Position numbers and translations under genes: made by a program. A DNA stretch of 63,856 nucleotides, the filler included, from Limisphaerales bacterium (GTDB taxonomy: Bacteria; Verrucomicrobiota; Verrucomicrobiia; Limisphaerales; SIBE01), in NCBI GenBank assembly GCA_044225505.1. It is 3 parts of 3 records of this genome, joined end to end, with 100 filler letters (N's around TTAATTAATTAA, not from the genome) between each part and the next. Parts side by side here need not be neighbours in the genome. Positions count along the whole stretch, not along the records: positions 45,913 to 63,856 come from JBGAIN010000164.1; 2 more parts are not named here. The stretch is one strand, 5' to 3'. Below are positions 58,386-63,856 of this stretch, piece after piece (positions within the stretch are counted from its first letter, which is position 1; the number at the start of each line of letters is the position of its first letter). Below the pieces are notes generated by a model. That model ran no database searches. It saw nothing but the letters and a program-made list of their open reading frames with translations, and had not been told where the DNA came from.

Positions 58386-59616
58386 CTAGACTTTCAAACC
58401 CGTTAAGTCAGGCTCGAGTTTCTCGCACGCTTTGAGCATTTCGTCCCAGCTAACTTCGCGATTCTGATACGCGGCAGTGCGTCCGAGGATCGTGACGAGA
58501 TTGCTCATGACGCTGGGTGAGACCGTTAGGTTGCTGCAATCCTTACCAGTCACGTTTTGATGAAACGTCGCAATGTTGCGAACCGCTCCATCTGCATAAA
58601 GGTTGGGCGTATCTCCGTTGAACGCCTCTTCATTGGAACGAAGCGTCACCTTACCAGCGTAGTGCGTGTCCACGGTGCCTTTCATCCCGTAAACGCGACA
58701 CATGATATCATCATAGCCGAAGCCGACTTGTTTCGAGCTGAAACTGGCCAGCACATTATTCGGATAGTAAAAGATGACTGCAAAATGATCCCAGCAACTG
58801 CCCACAAACTCCCGCGCCCGGCCACCGGTGCCATACGCGCGAATCGGAGGCGTGCGCATAAACCAGTTCACGACGTCCAAAGCATGGATATTTTGCTCGG
58901 TAATGACATCGCCAGAAAAAGCGCGGTCCAAGGCCCAAGCTTTCAGTCGTAATTCGCGGTCGTTAGGATTGGCGCGAATCTGGGCGTCCAAGCTCGCGAA
59001 CATCGTGCTGGTTTGGTAATTGGTTTCAATGCTGACGATCGGTCGATCTCTCCTTCCTGCACGCGGCGCACGACCTCTGGTAAGCGGGATGCGCTCGCGT
59101 TTGAAATCGACGAGAAAGCAAAGCTTCTTTGCGGTGGCTTTCTTACCGCTAGCTTCGATGCTTTGGCAGCCTGGAACATCGACGGCTAACGGTTTTGCCA
59201 GGTAAACATGCTTCCCCGCGTCCACTGCGGCTGCGCTTGCTCGGGTGGTACGGGGGCGTTTGAATCACGACGGCGTCCAGATCGAGTTCCAGTAATCGCC
59301 GGTATCCTCCCAATCCGCTAAAACGGTTCTTGGCCGGAATGTTGAACTTATCGCCGACTTTACCGGCTCGATCCTCAAAATAGTCGGCTGCGGCAACGAC
59401 TTGATACCCTCCGTTCTTATCAAAGAGATCGATGATCCACTGCCCTCGCCCGCCACATCCGATCAAGCCAATCTTAACTTTGTCCCCTTCAGCCGCGCGC
59501 GCCCTGAGGGGCTGCACGAGCGTGGCGCCCAAGGCCGCTACCCCAGTTTCGGCGAGGAAATGTCGACGAGTCAGAACGCGCTGCGAGTGACCGGAAGGGT
59601 TCGATGTTCCAGACAT
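58386..59616 (-). CDS. Tat-exported Gfo/Idh/MocA oxidoreductase with multiple single-base deletions
   Basis: TRRHFL, KIGLIGCGGRG, AGKHVYLAKP and EQNIHALD; frame broken at about 59040-59105 and about 59230-59250. Confidence 0.85.
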
Positions 59617-59857
59617 AACGTATTCCTTTGGCTTGTGCCGGATCAACCCTCGCACGACAGGCGACGGCTCATCCATGGCTATGTCTTAGCCCTAGCGGAC
59701 CTCAGCGAGCTCGGCAAGTGAGAAGCTAACAGATCTTGAGCTCGGTCAACCCTCAGGCTTTGGCAACGCAGCCAGTCCACACCCAGCAATGACCCGCTAC
59801 CGATGAGATTTCGGGAGCGCGAGCTCGCGTCGGCACCACAGAGTCGCGAAACCTTCC

Positions 59858-61306
59858 TCAGGCGATCAAATCTTCCACCACCTCGCCCTCGACGTCCGTC
59901 AACCGGAAGTCGCGGCCCGCGTATCGGAAGGTGAGTTTCTCATGATCGAACCCGAGCAGGCGTAAGATGGTGGCGTGTAGGTCATGCACATGGACCCGAT
60001 CTTTCACGGCTCGGTAGCCAAATTCGTCGGTCGCGCCATGGATGTGCCCGCCTTTAATGCCGCCGCCCGCGAGCCAGATCGAGAACCCCCAATGGTTATG
60101 GTCCCGCCCTAAACCCTTGGTGCCAGTCCCGGGTTGCGGCAGTTCAACGGATGGCGTCCGACCAAACTCTCCTCCGCAGATGACAAGGGTTTCGCCGAGC
60201 AACCCGCGCTGCTTCAGATCGGTTAAAAGAGCCGCGATGGGCTGATCGCATTCGTGAGCGAGCTTGCGATGGTTCTGCTCGATCAAATCATGACTGTCCC
60301 ACGGTTGCACATCGCCATGATAGCATTGCACGATGCGAACCCCCCGTTCTATCAGGCGCCGCGCGATTAGAAGCTGCCGCGCCTGCACGCCATCCCCATA
60401 AAGCTCGCGGATGGAAGCGGGCTCTTTGGAAATGTCAAACGCATCCGTGGCCTCGGCTTGCATGCGGTAGGCCAGTTCGAAAGCTTGAATGCGCGCCTCC
60501 AAAGCGGCGTCTTCCGGCCGGCTCTGAAGATGAGCCGCGTTGAGACGGGCCAACAAGTCGAGTTGGCGACGCTGCGCCTCGCGCCCCAGCCGGCGGTTCA
60601 CGATGTTCTCGATCAATTCTTCCGGCGTGGTCTTCTTGGTATTGATGTGCGTTCCTTGATAGATGCCAGGCAGGAAGGCAGCCCGCCAGTTGGATACATC
60701 CGCAACCGGCAACCCAGGGCACATCGCCACAAATCCAGGAAGATTCTCGTTCTCCGTGCCCATCCCATACAGCAACCACGCTCCGAGACTTGGCCGCGAA
60801 AGACGTTCATCGCCGCAATTCATCAATCGCATTGATTGCTCGTGATTGGGCGTATTCGCATACATCGACCGAACCACGCACAGATCATCCGCATGCGCCG
60901 CGGTCTTAGCGAATAATTCGCTCACCTCGATGCCGCTTTGTCCATATTTCTGAAACCGGAAGGGCGATGGCAAGGCTGCCCCGGTGGGGCGTTCGGTCGT
61001 GAGGTTGCCACTCGGAATGACCTTGCCTGCATACTTCTCCAAGAGAGGCTTGGGATCGAAGGTATCGACCTGCGAAGGTCCGCCATTCAAGTAGATGTGG
61101 ATGACACGCTTCGCCCGCGGCGCAAAATGAGGCGGCTTTGCGGTCAGCGGATTGGACCGACTCGCGCTCGCTTCGACCGCCGCGGCTCCGGTTTGGTTTC
61201 CGATCAAGCCGGCCAGCCCGAGCAAGCCCAGGCCTGTCCCCATCTGACGTAACATCTCCCGTCGCGTCACGAAGCTCTGGAAACGCTGGTGTTCCGAGAT
61301 GTTCAT
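59858..61306 (-). CDS. DUF1501 domain protein
   Basis: TRREML, AKRVI...GGPSQ.DTFDPKP, WDSH, GEFGRTP, GRDH and D.HATIL motifs. Confidence 0.93.
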   Translation of the reverse strand: MNISEHQRFQSFVTRREMLRQMGTGLGLLGLAGLIGNQTGAAAVEASASRSNPLTAKPPHFAPRAKRVIHIYLNGGPSQVDTFDPKPLLEKYAGKVIPSGNLTTERPTGAALPSPFRFQKYGQSGIEVSELFAKTAAHADDLCVVRSMYANTPNHEQSMRLMNCGDERLSRPSLGAWLLYGMGTENENLPGFVAMCPGLPVADVSNWRAAFLPGIYQGTHINTKKTTPEELIENIVNRRLGREAQRRQLDLLARLNAAHLQSRPEDAALEARIQAFELAYRMQAEATDAFDISKEPASIRELYGDGVQARQLLIARRLIERGVRIVQCYHGDVQPWDSHDLIEQNHRKLAHECDQPIAALLTDLKQRGLLGETLVICGGEFGRTPSVELPQPGTGTKGLGRDHNHWGFSIWLAGGGIKGGHIHGATDEFGYRAVKDRVHVHDLHATILRLLGFDHEKLTFRYAGRDFRLTDVEGEVVEDLIA

Positions 61307-61352
61307 AATCCGCTGGAAATCAGTCGTGGCTTAGCGCCCATAGCCCGTTTGC

Positions 61353-63856
61353 TTAATCAATAAACGTGAATTCATTGGACATCATCAGCACTTGAGCTAA
61401 CTGCTCCATTGGCGAAACCGCTCCTGCCTCCGATTGTTTCGTCGTCCGGACCGCCTCCCCCAGGAATTGCTCCGCCCATCGGCGCTCTTCGCTCAGAGGA
61501 TCACGCCCGAGCACCGCCCTGAACAACCCGCCAATCTCCAGACCGGCCGGCTTGGCTGAAATGGCCCCAGTCTGGTCGATTTTGCCGCTAACTCCCTCAA
61601 CCAAAGCGCGGGCTTGTTCAAACGCGAACGGCGAGTTCATCGCAAAAAGCGCTTGCTGCGCGACGATCGTCTGCGGGCGCCGCTCAATCGACTGGTCCGG
61701 GCAGGCAAAATCAAAGGCGCGGAAAACCGCTGGCAGATCCTGCCGGTCGACCAAGCCGTAAATTGTGCGGCGGCAGTTCTTCGGATCCCCCGCCACGTCG
61801 GTCGATGGCCCACCCATGACAGAATTGAGCTGCCCCGCGACCGCCAGCATTCCGTCACGCATTGACTCAAAATCAAGTCGACGCCGGCGGGCACGCCACC
61901 ATAAACGATCGTCTGGATCAACCTTGCGACAGTCCAGTCGATCCAAACTCGATTGTTGATAAACGCGCGAGAGCATTATCGTCCGGTGAAGGCGTTTGAG
62001 CGACCACCCCTCCTCCATGAAGGTCCAAGCCAGGTAATCGAGCAACTCACGCTGGACCGGGACTTCGCTGCGCGCCCCAAAATCGCTTGGAGAACTTGCG
62101 AGCGGTTCACCAAAATGATGCATCCAAACCCGGTTAACGAGAACGCGGCTCGTTAGCGGGTTGTCCCGCGCCACGATCGCCTTGGCTAAATCCAAACGCC
62201 CGCTGCCATGCGTAAACGGCGTTCGATCCTCTCCCGCCAGCACTCGCAGAAATCGTCGAGGGACCGCTTTCCCGGGCCGGGACGGGTTGCCCCGCACAAA
62301 GACGCGCGGCTCGTAAGCCCCAGAGAGATCCGCGACGACCATCGCTCGGGCGGGCGGGCGGTTGGTAGCGTAGGCGGCCAGGTGGTCCAACTCACGAACG
62401 AGTTTCCCGAAATGGTCCTGCTCGGCGCGCGACATCGTATGAGGCACGTCGCTCAGCGGGAGATAACCGGGCCCATCCTTGCTCTCCAGAACAGCGAGCA
62501 ACTCACACTCCATTGGCGATAGCGGAGCCCGATCCGACTCCGCGCGCGCCCGTTGCGCCGCCTCGTAAACCGCTCCAAACAGTTCCCCATAAATCTGTGC
62601 CACCTCCACCTTCGCGGTGACAGATCGACCGGAAAACGCGGCCGCAACCAGCGGATTCCCCCACTCCCCGGCACCCTCGCGCTGCGGCTCAGCCGGGTCA
62701 AAGGCCGCAGTCCGTTGGACACAGTAACGGGCGAGAACGCCGCTAGCGCGCCTGGCCCACTCTTCCTCGGGCCCGGACATCACTTCCGCCCAAAGGGAAA
62801 AGACCGGATCCCTTTTTCTGGATCCCTCCTCCAAGTACCTCCGCCACTTCGACACGATTCCAGGACGAAGATCTTCCGGGGAAAGCGAAAGGAGGAAGGG
62901 TGATGCTTCAGAAAAATCCGGAGTCGGGGTGGACACGACCCGAACCAGGTAGTCTCCAGCGCGATTTCGGGCGGTCTCCGACAGCAACTCATGCTGGGCA
63001 CTAAGATAGTCTTGCAGTTGAACGCGCGCCTTTTCGAAAGCTTTCTCAAACTCCAACCCGCCTGGCACCTGAGCGGGATCTTCAATCAACGGCAAGTCAT
63101 AAGGCCGCTCGCTGCTGGCGAAAACGCCGTAGAGCGAATAATAGTCCTCGGTTGGAATCGCGTCGTACTTGTGGTTGTGACAGCGGGCGCAAGCCACGGT
63201 AAGTCCCAGGAACCCGCGCGTGACCGTGTCGATTTGGTCATCAATCTGATCATGAGGGTTGTTGTCAAATAACCGGCCCAGAGTCAGAAAGCCGAGAGCA
63301 GCCAACCTCCATGGCTCGACTTTGGGTTGCAACTGGTCCGCGGCAAGCTGCTCTTGAATGAACTGGTCGTACGGCGTGTCGAGGTTCAAAGCCCGGATGA
63401 CGTAATCCCGATAGGTATAGGCGTAGGGCCGCAGCCGATCACGTCCGTAAAGCAGGACCAGATCCTTTGTTTCGGCGAACCGAGCGACATCGAGCCAATG
63501 TCGCCCCCACCGTTCCCCGTACTGAGGCATGGCCAAGAGACGATCGATCAACCGTTCGAACGCATCGGCAGACTGATCTTCATCAAACGCCTCAATCTCT
63601 GCTATGGTCGGAGGCAGTCCTATAAGGTCAAGGTAAGCTCTTCGAAGCAGTGTGCGACGATCCGCAGGCGGTGAGAGTGCCAGTCCAGCCTGATTCAGCT
63701 TCTGCACGATGAATGCGTCAATAGGCGAGAGCGATTCCCCTGCGTTGCGAATCGAGGGGATGACAGGACGCAGGATCGGCTGGTACGCCCAATGCCGAGC
63801 GGCGTCCGCGTCACTCTGTTTTTGCGCTGGTGCGGCGTTGAGGTTGGCTGCCTGCC
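61353..63856 (-). CDS. DUF1549 (PSCyt2) + DUF1553 (PSD1) planctomycete cytochrome c-like protein, 5' end outside the window
   Basis: HWAYQP, RRAYLDLIGLPP, YGERWGRHWLDVARFA, CARCH.HKYD, NPLT.RV.VNR.W and QALF.MN. Confidence 0.93.
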   Translation of the reverse strand, partial: QAANLNAAPAQKQSDADAARHWAYQPILRPVIPSIRNAGESLSPIDAFIVQKLNQAGLALSPPADRRTLLRRAYLDLIGLPPTIAEIEAFDEDQSADAFERLIDRLLAMPQYGERWGRHWLDVARFAETKDLVLLYGRDRLRPYAYTYRDYVIRALNLDTPYDQFIQEQLAADQLQPKVEPWRLAALGFLTLGRLFDNNPHDQIDDQIDTVTRGFLGLTVACARCHNHKYDAIPTEDYYSLYGVFASSERPYDLPLIEDPAQVPGGLEFEKAFEKARVQLQDYLSAQHELLSETARNRAGDYLVRVVSTPTPDFSEASPFLLSLSPEDLRPGIVSKWRRYLEEGSRKRDPVFSLWAEVMSGPEEEWARRASGVLARYCVQRTAAFDPAEPQREGAGEWGNPLVAAAFSGRSVTAKVEVAQIYGELFGAVYEAAQRARAESDRAPLSPMECELLAVLESKDGPGYLPLSDVPHTMSRAEQDHFGKLVRELDHLAAYATNRPPARAMVVADLSGAYEPRVFVRGNPSRPGKAVPRRFLRVLAGEDRTPFTHGSGRLDLAKAIVARDNPLTSRVLVNRVWMHHFGEPLASSPSDFGARSEVPVQRELLDYLAWTFMEEGWSLKRLHRTIMLSRVYQQSSLDRLDCRKVDPDDRLWWRARRRRLDFESMRDGMLAVAGQLNSVMGGPSTDVAGDPKNCRRTIYGLVDRQDLPAVFRAFDFACPDQSIERRPQTIVAQQALFAMNSPFAFEQARALVEGVSGKIDQTGAISAKPAGLEIGGLFRAVLGRDPLSEERRWAEQFLGEAVRTTKQSEAGAVSPMEQLAQVLMMSNEFTFID

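Overview
GC-rich bacterial sequence, most likely PVC superphylum and probably Verrucomicrobiota (inferred from the DUF1501 + DUF1549/DUF1553 pair and the GH44 C-terminal tail). It is not one locus: three contigs (1-22882, 22983-45812, 45913-63856) are joined by artificial N44-TTAATTAATTAA-N44 linkers, so adjacency across linkers means nothing. Contig 1: a small-gene accessory patch (trypsin-like protease, phage ABA-sandwich protein, decayed RRM gene), GDPD, a polar amino-acid ABC transporter, a stand-alone OvoA-C-type methyltransferase with an M29-like peptidase, an isochorismatase-CHB_HEX_C-NPCBM fusion, alpha-2-macroglobulin-pbpC, GH44 and a truncated sulfite-oxidase-family gene. Contig 2: GH13 (partial), der, a P450, a DUF1573-rhodanese-MauE-serine hydrolase-2x NAGPA run, a MoxR-DUF58-vWA operon, and BON and PRC-barrel proteins. 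Contig 3: ADP-forming acyl-CoA synthetase, two stand-alone cNMP-fold proteins, L,D-transpeptidase, argA, hisC, a split Pta, a zinc-ribbon protein, a discoidin + TIGR03663 GT-C pair, a Gfo/Idh/MocA gene and DUF1501/DUF1553. No CRISPR array, rRNA, confident tRNA or transposase was seen. The strongest unannotated signals are a two-copy REP-like palindrome with three compensatory base-pair changes (394-450 and 54724-54780), a CTAG-bounded MITE-like element, a highly structured 0.7 kb intergenic region, and a 17-bp tandem duplication that frameshifts the MauE-family gene. Several other frameshifts look like homopolymer sequencing errors. All family calls come from motif recognition by eye; no searches were run, and no new system is demonstrated, only candidates.
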